The notes under the pieces are model-generated. The model had not been told where the DNA came from. It worked only from the letters and a program-made list of their open reading frames with translations, and made no database searches. DNA of 64,000 nt from Clostridia bacterium (GTDB lineage Bacteria; Bacillota; Clostridia; Oscillospirales; Acutalibacteraceae): NCBI GenBank assembly GCA_017428625.1, contig JAFRQM010000025.1, positions 12,988 to 76,987 on the forward strand, given 5' to 3'. Below are positions 1 through 9,894 of the stretch, in pieces (within the stretch, counting starts at the first letter, position 1; each line of letters starts with the position of its first letter). The position numbers and the translations under genes were made by a program.

Positions 1-1
1 C

Positions 2-1084
2 CGCAAAGTAGTATTCGCTCCAGACGCTCTGCCTTGCCGCGACAAAACCGTCTGAATTGAAGAGAGTTACGAAATAGTCGTTGACATAGCCTTCTTCTTC
101 ATCAACCGCCTGAGTGAAGGTTATATCTGCGGTGCCGCCGTCTGTTTTAACCTCAACCGACGCTTCATCGGGGAAGAACGGTTTGTAAGTGCTTTTCCAC
201 CTTGCGTCGGTATAAATGAACGAGTCCGGGTTCCACGGTTCATCAATTACCCAGCGTTTTTTGAAAAACGAATCGGTAAGAACATCATAGGGATAAACGC
301 GGACTCTGCCTTTTTCATCCGCCTCGACAATAAGCATCTGCGCGGCTCTGTCATCGTTCGGAGGAACGGTGCCGTAAACTTTGTCAAACTCATCAAGTTC
401 AAAATATGAAAGAGTGCCGGTGCCGAGAGACGTGAAATGCTCCTGATGAATTGAGCGGGGGTCGTTTACCGGGGCGTGTGAGTGACCGGAAAAGTCAATA
501 ATCTGGGGATAGTTGACGAGGATGGGAGTCAGGTCTTTTTCGCCCCAGTCTATGCTTCCGTAAACCGTGTCGGTAATATGGGGATGCTGAAAAAAGAATA
601 TCGGTCTGCCTTCATCCTTGGCGGCAATTTTAAGCTGCTGTTTTGCGTATTCTTTTTTTGCGTCATCAAAGCGGCAGCCGTTTGTTGTGGTAAGGCTGAT
701 GAAATGAAAACCGTTTATAACGCGGTGATCATCGGGAGGCATATTGAAAATGCGTCTGAAACGTTCGAGCGCGCCCTGCTCCCCGCCGTTATCGCGGTTA
801 AACTCGTGACTTGCCATTGTCAGACAAACCTGTGTGCCGGGTCTGACATTGTCATCCAGGGTCTTTTTAATTGCGAGCATCTGCGTTTCGCTGCCGCTTG
901 TTGCAAAATCGCCGACAACATAAACGGCGTCGAGTTTATTGTAGTTTTCCGCTTCGCTGAGGCGATAAGCGATTTTTATAGCTTTTTCAAACCTTTCGTT
1001 TTCAACGCGGGGTTCGTCGTGGTAGTGAATATCGCTCACGACCATAAAGCGGAGCACGGGAGAAAAATCTTTATCTATATACAT
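2..1084 (-). CDS. Calcineurin-like metallophosphoesterase (3' end runs off window; not in ORF track)
   Basis: Hand translation from ATG at 1084 (GAGG RBS): MYIDKDFSPVLRFMVVSDIHY...VVGDFANSG...MASHEF...FQHPH...FSGHSH, i.e. the DxH, GD, xHE, H and GHxH metal motifs; open to the window edge. Confidence 0.85.
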   Translation of the reverse strand, partial: MYIDKDFSPVLRFMVVSDIHYHDEPRVENERFEKAIKIAYRLSEAENYNKLDAVYVVGDFATSGSETQMLAIKKTLDDNVRPGTQVCLTMASHEFNRDNGGEQGALERFRRIFNMPPDDHRVINGFHFISLTTTNGCRFDDAKKEYAKQQLKIAAKDEGRPIFFFQHPHITDTVYGSIDWGEKDLTPILVNYPQIIDFSGHSHAPVNDPRSIHQEHFTSLGTGTLSYFELDEFDKVYGTVPPNDDRAAQMLIVEADEKGRVRVYPYDVLTDSFFKKRWVIDEPWNPDSFIYTDARWKSTYKPFFPDEASVEVKTDGGTADITFTQAVDEEEGYVNDYFVTLFNSDGFVAARQSVWSEYYFA

Positions 1085-1114
1085 TTATATATACCTCACC
1101 GGATTATTCATAAA

Positions 1115-1138
1115 ACAAGCCGCCCGCGGGCGGCTTGT
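1115..1138 (-). terminator. Intrinsic terminator after the repeat-domain surface protein
   Basis: ACAAGCCGCCC-GC-GGGCGGCTTGT perfect hairpin followed by a T run on the minus strand. Confidence 0.75.
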
Positions 1139-1161
1139 ATGTTAAATGCGTTTTAAGCAAT

Positions 1162-3369
1162 TCAGACTCTGTTCAGAACTATTTTGATAAATTCAACAAG
1201 TCTCTTGCCTGTCTGAACAAGGATGGGAACAATCTGAGCCCAGTTAAGTTTTGTAAGGAAACTGAACATAATCTTTAAATTGGACCAATCCTGACCGACG
1301 AATGCGTCTCGAAGCTGAACATACCAGGGCTTGGTTGTGACGCTGGTGACAGAAATGCTGTAATCCTTGTTTGTAAACGAACCTGAGTTGGCGGTTACCT
1401 GAATGTAATATGTTCCTTTGGCAAGGCTCTTTATGGTGTCTTCAAAGGGTTCTTTGCTTGTGAAACTGCCGACTTTGATAGGCTGTTTAAGGTCGGTTGA
1501 TGAGTAAATGCGAACATTCCAGACGAAATTCTTGGCATCTGTGATACCGGCTGCGACTTCCGCTTTGGTGTATTCTCTCTTAAGAGTGAAGTGCGCGTTC
1601 AGAACTGAACTTGTTTTGAATTTGAAATAGTCAACATCCGCTTTGTCGAATGCCGAGCCGCCGATGTAGAGACTGTCTTTGCCCTGAATGAGATCGTCGG
1701 CTGTGGCTGTGGTGTCGTTTGACTCGGTTTCATAACCTGTGTAGGCTGCATACTGAACGCCCACGCCGTATTCACCCTGTTTGCTGTTGTCAAAGTGTCT
1801 GGGTGTGACTTTGAGATAGTATATGCCTTCATCAAGACCGAGGCATGCGCTTGAGAATTCACCGTCAACATAGTCAACATCGAAACTCTTGACTGAGTTC
1901 TCGGAAACTACGCCCGCGTTGGTTGAAAGTTTGTTGACATCAACATGATAGATGGTATTGCACTCGCCGTTGTCCTGGCTGTAGAAACGGATGTAGGCAT
2001 AGCCGCGTTTAACATTGAAAACGAAGTAGTCGATATCATCTTTTGTTGCAATGCTTGCGGTGTAAATAACCGGGCTTGCGGATGTGCCTGTGTTGATTGA
2101 GGTAGCCGATGTGTAATCGTTGTTGGGCTCCTGCTCCGCGCCTGAAACAACAGCTGTTGTAACTACAAGAGTGTAGGGAATGGTTGTGTCTGCGTCGCCT
2201 GCGGCAAGGTCTTTATAAACACGGACATAATATGTGCCTGCCTTGACGGAATTCTTGACGCTCGCAACGTTGTTTTCGTTGCCTTTTGAAACTATTGATG
2301 TGATTTCGGTGCCGCTTGCGTCAATGAGTTTTGCGCGGAAATAAACATCTGATGAGTTTGCGACCGCGTGTGAGAGTGTGAAACTGATGATAGCGGAACT
2401 TGCTACTGTGATTTTGAAGTAGTCGTCTGTATCTTTGGCAAGTTCGTTTGTAACATCGAGAGCACCCAGCATAGGTCTGCCGCTTACAATAGGATCGGCG
2501 TCGGCTGTGGTGTTGTTGTTTTCGCTTTCTTCATCGTGGTCGGGAATTTCGGTAAGAGTGGCGGTAATCTGATACTCAACACCTGAAACCGCGCCGCCGT
2601 CGATTACTCTGATGTAATATGTGCCGGCTTTGAGGGCGTTGCCGTCGCCTGCGCTCCAGGATTTGGTTTCTTCCTGACCGAGGGATGCGAAGGAGTCAAC
2701 ACGGGTTGTGCCGTCGGCAGAGAAGATTGTAACATCAAAATATTTTGCGGTAACGCCTGCTTTGGCAGGATGAGTTATTGTAATATTGAGGTAATACGCT
2801 TTGTCAAGAGTAACTTTGAAATAGTCAATATCTGACGCACTTGAAAGGATACCCTTGACGGGTGTGCCGGGAGTAAGCTGATTGGCTGAACCGATGGTGT
2901 CGTTGCTTTCATTCTCTGAATTAACAGAGGCAGAAACCTTAACTGTATAGGATTTGCCTATTGCGGAAGCATTGTTAGTTTCAACCGCAATGTAATATGT
3001 AGCGCCTATTGTTGTTGAGAATGATTTGACTTCTGTGCCGGTGCTGCCGAGCGAGTCGATTTTGGTCATTGCGTTTGCCGCAGCGGGAGCGCTTGCGGAA
3101 TCAAACACCTGAACGGTGAAATAGACATTGGTGCTGCTTTCGGTCGCGTGCGTGAATGTAAACTCGGTTGCGGCAGATGTCGCCGTGAATTTATACCATG
3201 TTTTTGCGCCCGCAGCGCTCAGTGTGCCGGGAACCGTCAGACCCGGTGTAAGAGTTGTTGCGCTCGTATAGTCAGCCGCAGAAGCGATGGTAACGCTTGC
3301 GACAGAAACTACACTTAATGCCATAATGAGCGCAAGAAGTGCCGATAAGAGTCTTTTGCCTGTTTTCAT
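1162..3369 (-). CDS. Secreted non-catalytic protein with five tandem PPC/collagen-binding-like beta-sandwich domains and a hydrophobic/amphipathic C-terminal tail
   Basis: Signal peptide MKTGKRLLSALLALIMALSVV..ASA after a GGAGG RBS (start 3369); recurring E-x-E-x-N-(D/N), D-x-D-Y-F and G-(T/I)-Y-Y motifs. Confidence 0.7.
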   Translation of the reverse strand: MKTGKRLLSALLALIMALSVVSVASVTIASAADYTSATTLTPGLTVPGTLSAAGAKTWYKFTATSAATEFTFTHATESSTNVYFTVQVFDSASAPAAANAMTKIDSLGSTGTEVKSFSTTIGATYYIAVETNNASAIGKSYTVKVSASVNSENESNDTIGSANQLTPGTPVKGILSSASDIDYFKVTLDKAYYLNITITHPAKAGVTAKYFDVTIFSADGTTRVDSFASLGQEETKSWSAGDGNALKAGTYYIRVIDGGAVSGVEYQITATLTEIPDHDEESENNNTTADADPIVSGRPMLGALDVTNELAKDTDDYFKITVASSAIISFTLSHAVANSSDVYFRAKLIDASGTEITSIVSKGNENNVASVKNSVKAGTYYVRVYKDLAAGDADTTIPYTLVVTTAVVSGAEQEPNNDYTSATSINTGTSASPVIYTASIATKDDIDYFVFNVKRGYAYIRFYSQDNGECNTIYHVDVNKLSTNAGVVSENSVKSFDVDYVDGEFSSACLGLDEGIYYLKVTPRHFDNSKQGEYGVGVQYAAYTGYETESNDTTATADDLIQGKDSLYIGGSAFDKADVDYFKFKTSSVLNAHFTLKREYTKAEVAAGITDAKNFVWNVRIYSSTDLKQPIKVGSFTSKEPFEDTIKSLAKGTYYIQVTANSGSFTNKDYSISVTSVTTKPWYVQLRDAFVGQDWSNLKIMFSFLTKLNWAQIVPILVQTGKRLVEFIKIVLNRV

Positions 3370-3431
3370 TTTTTGTTCCTCCTGAAAAATTTTGAGTGGA
3401 TTTTTTGGATACTGTTCCATTATGCAAGTGG

Positions 3432-3460
3432 ATTTTATCACAACAGAACTTAAAAGTCAA
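3432..3460 (-). promoter_or_regulatory. Sigma-A-type promoter of the repeat-domain protein
   Basis: Minus strand TTGACT-17 bp-TAAAAT with TG extension. Confidence 0.6.
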
Positions 3461-3486
3461 TAAAATATATAATATATTAATATTTA

Positions 3487-5769
3487 TTAAGAAAACTCCA
3501 CTTTCACTATTTCACCCTGAGCCGTGATGTTCACAGCCTTAAACGGAGAGTCCGAAGAGTTGACAATCTGCTGAGCTATTTTGTCTTCAACCTCTCTTCT
3601 GACTGTGTTTCTCAGGTCGCGCGCTCCCCTTGTGCCGTCGGTTGAAAGAGATGCGAGCGCTGATTCGGCGGCTGAATCCCATGTGAGTTTAATGCCTTTG
3701 TCGGCAAGCGGCGAAACAAGTTCATCGAGCATAAGCCCCGCGATTTTTTCATAATCTGCGCGGGTTAAGTCGTTGAAAACAACTATTTCATCAACCCTGC
3801 CTATAAATTCGGGACGAAGGAAATCGCGAAGCGCTTTAAGCGCTCTGTCGCGGGATGCCTCGCCCTGTGATTTTGCAAAGCCGAGCGCGCCCTCTTTGCG
3901 GTCGCTGCCCGCGTTTGAGGTCATAATTATAACCGTGTTTTCAAAACTTACCACTCTGCCGTGAGCGTCGGAAATTCTGCCCTCGTCGAGAATCTGTAAA
4001 AGAATGTTCATAACATCGGGATGTGCCTTTTCGATTTCATCAAAAAGAATAACCGAATAGGGCTTGCGTCTGACTTTCTCCGTAAGCTGACCGGCTTCAT
4101 CATAACCGACATAGCCGGGAGGAGAGCCGACTATTCTCGAAACGGAGTGTTTCTCCATAAACTCGCTCATATCAAGGCGGATAAGGGTTTCGGGGGTGTC
4201 AAACAGTTCGTTGGCAAGAAGTTTGACGAGTTCCGTTTTGCCTACGCCGGTAGGACCTACGAAAATAAATGACGACGGTCTGCGGCGCGGGCTTATCTGC
4301 ACCCTGCCCCTGCGTATGGCGGCGCTGACAAGTTCAACCGCTTCATCCTGACCGATTAATTTCGCCTTTAAGTTGTTTTCGAGGTCGGAAAGACGCCTGA
4401 GGTCGCTTTCAATGACTTTTGAAGCGGGAATGCCCGTCCACAGTTGGATGACATTGGCAAGGTCATCCTCAAGAACCTGATTGTCGGACGCGAGTTTTTC
4501 AAGTTCGGGCATTTCATTTTCAAGTTTCATAATATCCGCTTTGAGAGTTGCGAGACGCTCAAAATCCTGCTCACCCGATTCATCGGTGACAAGGTTCTGC
4601 TGTTCCTCTTTGAGAGCCGCGAGTTTTTCCTGAGCGCTTTCAAATTCGCTTATGTGCTTGTTGCGTAAGTTAGCGCAGGTGCAGGCTTCATCGAGAAGGT
4701 CTATTGCCTTGTCGGGCAGAAAACGGTCATTAATATAGCGTTCCGACAGAACAACCGTTTTTTCAACAAGAGTGTCGGAAATGCGGACTTTATGATAGTT
4801 TTCATAATAATCTTTTACACCGATGAGCATCTGTGTTGTCTGCTCTATTGACGGCTCTTCAACCTTTACGGGCTGAAGGCGGCGTTCGAGAGCGGCGTCT
4901 TTTTCGATGTATTTGCGGTATTCCGTAAAAGTGGTGGCACCGATAATCTGGATTTCGCCCCTTGACAGCGAAGGCTTGAGAATATTGGCGGCGTTCATTG
5001 AGCCTTCTGCGTCGCCCGTGCCGACAAGTGAGTGAACCTCATCAATAAACAGAATAATATTGCCTTCGTTTTTGACTTCATCCACAAGGCCTTTAATACG
5101 GCTTTCGAACTGACCTCTGAACTGTGTGCCCGCGACAAGAGCGGTAAGGTCAAGCAGATGAATCTCTTTGTTTGCGAGTTTTGCGGGAACATCGCCGTTG
5201 GCTATGCGCAGGGCAAGACCCTCCGCTATGGCTGTTTTACCGACACCGGGTTCGCCTATAAGGCAGGGGTTGTTTTTTGTGCGGCGGCAGAGAATCTGCA
5301 CGGTGCGGTAAATTTCATTTTCACGACCGATTATGCGGTCGATTTTGCCGTCGCGCGCCTTCGCGGTTAAATCGGTGCAATACTGGCTGAGAAACTTTCT
5401 CTGTTTCTGTTCCTGCTTTTCGGGGCGTCTTGACGGACGCTTTTTGCGTTTTTCGGACTGCTCCTGCGATGAGGTTTCGTCGGAATTGTTGTTCATAGCC
5501 GCAAAATTCTGCAGGAAAGGCATTGTTCCCGCTCCGCCGGGCATAAAACCGCCCTCTTCGCCGAACATCTGCTCAAACTGTTCGCTGACCTCATCTATTT
5601 CGTCTTCGGAAATACCCATACTTTCCATAATCTGTTTTACGGGACCTATGTTCATTTCAAGGGCGCATTTAATGCAAAGACCTTCCTGCGTGGTTTTGTC
5701 GCCGTCAACCTTGGTAACGAAAAACATCGCCGGTCTTTTTTTGCACCTTGAGCATAATACCTGTTTCAT
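3487..5769 (-). CDS. Clp protease ATP-binding subunit, ClpE-like (N-terminal Zn finger, no Clp_N repeats)
   Basis: CxxC...CxxC N-terminus; two Walker A motifs ([16 protein letters not shown]); FRGQFE, RLDMSEF and GYVGYDE motifs. Confidence 0.9.
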   Translation of the reverse strand: MKQVLCSRCKKRPAMFFVTKVDGDKTTQEGLCIKCALEMNIGPVKQIMESMGISEDEIDEVSEQFEQMFGEEGGFMPGGAGTMPFLQNFAAMNNNSDETSSQEQSEKRKKRPSRRPEKQEQKQRKFLSQYCTDLTAKARDGKIDRIIGRENEIYRTVQILCRRTKNNPCLIGEPGVGKTAIAEGLALRIANGDVPAKLANKEIHLLDLTALVAGTQFRGQFESRIKGLVDEVKNEGNIILFIDEVHSLVGTGDAEGSMNAANILKPSLSRGEIQIIGATTFTEYRKYIEKDAALERRLQPVKVEEPSIEQTTQMLIGVKDYYENYHKVRISDTLVEKTVVLSERYINDRFLPDKAIDLLDEACTCANLRNKHISEFESAQEKLAALKEEQQNLVTDESGEQDFERLATLKADIMKLENEMPELEKLASDNQVLEDDLANVIQLWTGIPASKVIESDLRRLSDLENNLKAKLIGQDEAVELVSAAIRRGRVQISPRRRPSSFIFVGPTGVGKTELVKLLANELFDTPETLIRLDMSEFMEKHSVSRIVGSPPGYVGYDEAGQLTEKVRRKPYSVILFDEIEKAHPDVMNILLQILDEGRISDAHGRVVSFENTVIIMTSNAGSDRKEGALGFAKSQGEASRDRALKALRDFLRPEFIGRVDEIVVFNDLTRADYEKIAGLMLDELVSPLADKGIKLTWDSAAESALASLSTDGTRGARDLRNTVRREVEDKIAQQIVNSSDSPFKAVNITAQGEIVKVEFS

Positions 5770-5778
5770 ATTGACTCC

Positions 5779-6405
5779 TTAATCTTTGGAAAATCTTTCC
5801 CTGACCTGTTTAACTATAGCGGGAAGGTAACTGATGAATGCTATGATTGTGCACAGTGCGCTGACGCATACGAGAATCATAGCGACCGTCTCGGGCATAA
5901 TTGTTGAAAACGCGCCGACTTCGGGACCGATGAGAAGGATGGCTATCATTACAAGATAGAAAACAAAGGTTGCTATCTTGCCCCAGATTTCCGCCGCGCC
6001 GGGTCTTATACCGAATCCTATCATCAAAGCGCCGCCGATGACGAAAATAAGCTCTTTGACAATAAACACGATAAACACATAGCCTGCCGCGCGTATGACG
6101 GGACTCTGCGCTCTGCCGAAAAGAATAATCATCATTACGGCTATTGTAAGCATTGTGATTTTATCCGCCACAGGGTCGAGAACCTTGCCGAGCGCGCTCA
6201 CCTGATTGAAACGGCGGGCGATTTTGCCGTCAAGAAAATCGGTGATGCCCGAAAAAGCGAGAATTGAAATCGCGAGGATTTTGTCACCTTTCAAAAAGAA
6301 ATACGCGAAGAAGGGAACAAGTATTATTCTGATAACCGAGAGAAGGTTCGGTATCGTCATACAGCCTTCAAAAAGTTTGCCTACAAGATTTTCTTCTTTT
6401 TTCAT
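5779..6405 (-). CDS. CDP-alcohol phosphatidyltransferase (PgsA family)
   Basis: DFLDGKIARR..S.LGKVLDPVADK signature; multiple TM segments. Confidence 0.9.
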   Translation of the reverse strand: MKKEENLVGKLFEGCMTIPNLLSVIRIILVPFFAYFFLKGDKILAISILAFSGITDFLDGKIARRFNQVSALGKVLDPVADKITMLTIAVMMIILFGRAQSPVIRAAGYVFIVFIVKELIFVIGGALMIGFGIRPGAAEIWGKIATFVFYLVMIAILLIGPEVGAFSTIMPETVAMILVCVSALCTIIAFISYLPAIVKQVRERFSKD

Positions 6406-6427
6406 ATAATTTACCTCCTTAAAGGAA

Positions 6428-7117
6428 TTATTTACCGTTTATTATTGAAGCGACAACGCCTGCCGCGTATGAATTGCCTACGGCGTCTGCAAAAGCCGTG
6501 CCGTCAAACATCGAGGCGGCAAAAAGTGCGATTGCCGCTATGCAGAACACGGCGAACAGACCTTTGACAACTCCGAGCAGCAGACCCGCCGTTTTGTTGA
6601 CTTCTTTTAAGACGGGAAGTTTTACAAGCGCGCAAACGGGAAGAGTGAGCAGCCTCAGAACGGCATATATTATCACTGCGCCGATAACAAAGAGGATGAA
6701 CCGTGTTACGGGAACGGCAACGGACTGCGCAATCTCGGAAATAACTGTTTGCGCCGCCTGTGTGAAGTCGCCCTGCCCCACCGATTCGGAGAGCATTGAT
6801 TCAAGATTTATTCCAGCTTTTGACGCTTCGGAAACGAGCGTATCGGGAAGAGCCGATGTCAGCGACTCCCGCCCCGATGAGGCGACTTTCTCAAGCCCTT
6901 TCGCCGTAAATGTTATTAAATGCTGTTCAATAAAGTTTGTGTAAATGACCGGCGCGACACGCGGCGCATATATTTTTGCGGCAACAAAAGCGATTACCGC
7001 CGAAACCGCCGATGTAAGCATATCGACAAGACCCTTTGCAAGACCTGTCAGCGCACAGCCGATGAAGATTGCTGCGAGTATTATATCAACCAGATGATTC
7101 GCGATATCAAACTCCAT
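6428..7117 (-). CDS. CvpA family membrane protein
   Basis: DIILAAI..G..KGLV N-terminus and VNKTAGLLLGVVKG C-terminal motif. Confidence 0.75.
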   Translation of the reverse strand: MEFDIANHLVDIILAAIFIGCALTGLAKGLVDMLTSAVSAVIAFVAAKIYAPRVAPVIYTNFIEQHLITFTAKGLEKVASSGRESLTSALPDTLVSEASKAGINLESMLSESVGQGDFTQAAQTVISEIAQSVAVPVTRFILFVIGAVIIYAVLRLLTLPVCALVKLPVLKEVNKTAGLLLGVVKGLFAVFCIAAIALFAASMFDGTAFADAVGNSYAAGVVASIINGK

Positions 7118-7134
7118 GTTCCGCCCCCCTTTTA

Positions 7135-8313
7135 TCAATACTTTTTCAGGATGTTTTCTTCAAGGGAGAAGAAACTGCCGGATGTATAAATGACTTCATC
7201 CGGGACGCTTTCAAATGTTTTTGTCTGGGTTACCTGCCCCTTTTTATTCAGTTTTGTGGCGGTTTTGCCGCAGACCGCAACGGTGACGGTGCCTTCGCAG
7301 CGCACATAGTCCGCTTCGCCGGTGATTGTTGTTTCGGCTGTTTTTACTCCCGACGCGGAATAGCGGAAAATTCTTGTCTGCGCTCCGCCGAATTCACGCA
7401 TTGATATTACGGCGTTGCCGTCTTCGTCAAAGGAGACGTTGTTGAGCTGATTTTCGCTGTATTCAAGGCCGTCGGTGCGTTCCATTTTTTTGTTATAAAT
7501 AACAAACTGGTTGTCGCCGACTGTGATTGTTCTGCCTGTTTTTGTAATGCAGACACGGAGCAACATTGTGTCATCGAATTTTGTTTCGGACAGAGGTTCG
7601 GTTTTACCTGTATCAAAAACAACAAGTCTGCTGTAAACAACGGCGTTTCTGACGCCCGAGGCAATAACCGCAAGCCTTTTTCCGTTTATCGACAGGCAGG
7701 CGTCGAGGATTCTTTCATCGGCACATTTCCACTCAAAAAGAGCATTGCCTGATGATGAATAAACGGTGATTTTGCTTTGAATATCGCTTCCGCCTTCTGT
7801 TGCGACAGCAAATTTTCCGTCTGAGGACAGGCAGGCTGTGAGGATTTTATCCGCAACGGTTATCTCGGACAGTTTTTCGGTTTTGCTTAGAAGAACGACT
7901 GTTCCTTTCGCGATATCATAGGCGAGGGTTCTGCCGTTCCTGATAACGGTTCTTGAATCCGAAGCGTTAAACTGCACGCTCCCCATTGTTCTCGCGCCCT
8001 GAGTGAGAAACTGCGCTTCATCGTTATAGAGAACGAGTATTTCGCCGTCAACCGGTTTTATTTCTTTTATACTCAGGCTTTCAACCGTAAGCGGCCAGCC
8101 GCCGTTTGACGACGACATAAACACCTTACGGAAAGAGTCAGTGACATTTGAAACCGCGACATTGCCGACGGTTTTTGCGGCAATATAAACAGCGGAGAGA
8201 ACAAGCGCAACGATGATAACAGTGAAAAGAATGTGCTTGAGCCTTTTGGGATGAGGATTTTCTTTACCGCTTTTGTTTTTGCGAAGGCGCGGTTTTCTGA
8301 TATTTATTTTCAA
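7135..8313 (-). CDS. Membrane-anchored beta-propeller-like protein (DUF5711-like)
   Basis: Basic N-terminus, single TM helix, repeated beta-strand blades. Confidence 0.55.
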   Translation of the reverse strand: MKINIRKPRLRKNKSGKENPHPKRLKHILFTVIIVALVLSAVYIAAKTVGNVAVSNVTDSFRKVFMSSSNGGWPLTVESLSIKEIKPVDGEILVLYNDEAQFLTQGARTMGSVQFNASDSRTVIRNGRTLAYDIAKGTVVLLSKTEKLSEITVADKILTACLSSDGKFAVATEGGSDIQSKITVYSSSGNALFEWKCADERILDACLSINGKRLAVIASGVRNAVVYSRLVVFDTGKTEPLSETKFDDTMLLRVCITKTGRTITVGDNQFVIYNKKMERTDGLEYSENQLNNVSFDEDGNAVISMREFGGAQTRIFRYSASGVKTAETTITGEADYVRCEGTVTVAVCGKTATKLNKKGQVTQTKTFESVPDEVIYTSGSFFSLEENILKKY

Positions 8314-9059
8314 CGGATTTCACCTCCGTAATTGACTTTGTTCAGGTAAAGCCCCTGCGGCGGAGCCGTCGGACCCGCGAGGGAACGGTCTTTTGATTTG
8401 ATTATTGCGGGAATACTCTCTTCATTGATTTTGCCCTGCGAAACGGCTGTGAGCGTGCCGGTGATTATTCTGACCATATTATAGAGAAAGCCGTCTGCCT
8501 CTATTGTGAAAATCACTTCGTCGCCCTGCCTTGCGACTTGCGCTTTTTTAACCGTGCGGACTGTGTCTTCCACGCTGCTGCCGGCGGAACAGAACGCCGA
8601 AAAGTCGTGTTCGCCGAGAAAATATTTCGCGCACCTGTCAAGCAGGTTTTCATTCAGAGGGTATTTGTATTGCCAGACAAGCCCGTTGAGAAAGGGCGAC
8701 GGCACGGGCGAGTTGAGTATTCTGTAAATGTATTCTTTTGAAACGCAGTCATACCTTGCGTGAAATCCCCACGGCACTTCGCTGCAGTTTTTAACCGCGA
8801 TATCTTCGGGCAGAACAGCATTGAGAGCCGTTACGAGTTTTTCGCAGGTGAAAGGCGTCTGCGTTCTGATGTTGCAGCAGAACATATTGGCGTGAACGCC
8901 CGCGTCGGTGCGTGAACAGCCCGTAACATTGTCACGCGTGCCGGTTATATGCTCCCACGCGTTCTGAAAAGTCTGCTGAACCGTGGGCGCGTTCTCCTGC
9001 ACCTGCCAGCCGTGATATGCCTTGCCGTTGTAGGCAAGTTCAAGAAGAAGGTTGCGCAC
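8310..9059 (-). CDS. truA: tRNA pseudouridine(38-40) synthase
   Basis: YNGKAYHGWQ, GCSRTDAGVHA, GFLYNMVR, TAPPQGLYL. Confidence 0.95.
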   Translation of the reverse strand: MRNLLLELAYNGKAYHGWQVQENAPTVQQTFQNAWEHITGTRDNVTGCSRTDAGVHANMFCCNIRTQTPFTCEKLVTALNAVLPEDIAVKNCSEVPWGFHARYDCVSKEYIYRILNSPVPSPFLNGLVWQYKYPLNENLLDRCAKYFLGEHDFSAFCSAGSSVEDTVRTVKKAQVARQGDEVIFTIEADGFLYNMVRIITGTLTAVSQGKINEESIPAIIKSKDRSLAGPTAPPQGLYLNKVNYGGEIR

Positions 9060-9078
9060 GGTTAAGCCTCCTTTCGAT

Positions 9079-9894
9079 TCAGATAACCGCTTCGAAAAAG
9101 TGGTTAAGGACTATTACGCCGGCGAGCAGAATGAGCACAAAGCCTGCCGCGATGAAATCGCGGGGTCTGAGTTTCATCTGCTTCATTCTTGTTCTGCCCT
9201 CGCCGCCCGTATAACAGCGGCAGGTCATCGCGAACGCAAGTTCATACGCTCTGCGGAATGACGAGACCATAAGCGGAACAAACACGGGGACAAGCGCCTT
9301 TGACCTGGTGATAAGCCCCCCTGTTTCAAGTTCGGCTCCCCTCGCCTTCTGGGCGTTCATTATGCGCTCTATTTCTTCAACCAGAGTGGGAATGAAGCGG
9401 AGCGCGAGGGTCATCATCATAGCGAGCGTGTGGACTTTGACATGAAACACCGAAAGAGGGGAAAGCAGCCTCTCTATTGCGTCGGTGAGCATGGTGGGGG
9501 TTGTTGTGTAAGTCAGAAGGGAACTGATTACTACAAGAACAAGGATGCGCACAGCCATAAAGACCGCTGTGTTTATGCCTTTTTCGGTTATTTTTAATGA
9601 GTGCCACTCAAAATATGTCGCGCCGCCGGTTGTATAGAAAATATTGAGAACGGCGGTGAACAGAATAATGATTGCAAGCGGTTTTATGCTTTTGAGAACC
9701 ATTTTAAACGGCACCCCGGAAAGGATGACCGCGAACACGGTAAACACAACCATAAGCGCAAGCGAGAAAAAACTTTTGCAGAGAAAAACAAAAACCAAAA
9801 GGGCGAAAACGAGGATGAATTTCATTCTCGCGTCCATTTTATGAAGGAAAGAATTGCCTGTGTAATACTGGCCTATGGAGATATCGCTTATCAT
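9079..9894 (-). CDS. ecfT: ECF transporter transmembrane component T
   Basis: ALRFIPTL, AQKARG and AMTCRCY motifs; adjacent to two ABC ATPases. Confidence 0.92.
   Translation of the reverse strand: MISDISIGQYYTGNSFLHKMDARMKFILVFALLVFVFLCKSFFSLALMVVFTVFAVILSGVPFKMVLKSIKPLAIIILFTAVLNIFYTTGGATYFEWHSLKITEKGINTAVFMAVRILVLVVISSLLTYTTTPTMLTDAIERLLSPLSVFHVKVHTLAMMMTLALRFIPTLVEEIERIMNAQKARGAELETGGLITRSKALVPVFVPLMVSSFRRAYELAFAMTCRCYTGGEGRTRMKQMKLRPRDFIAAGFVLILLAGVIVLNHFFEAVI

Noticed and set aside
482-1156. 224-aa plus-strand ORF in the track
   Set aside because: Antisense shadow of the minus-strand metallophosphoesterase; no RBS or motifs.
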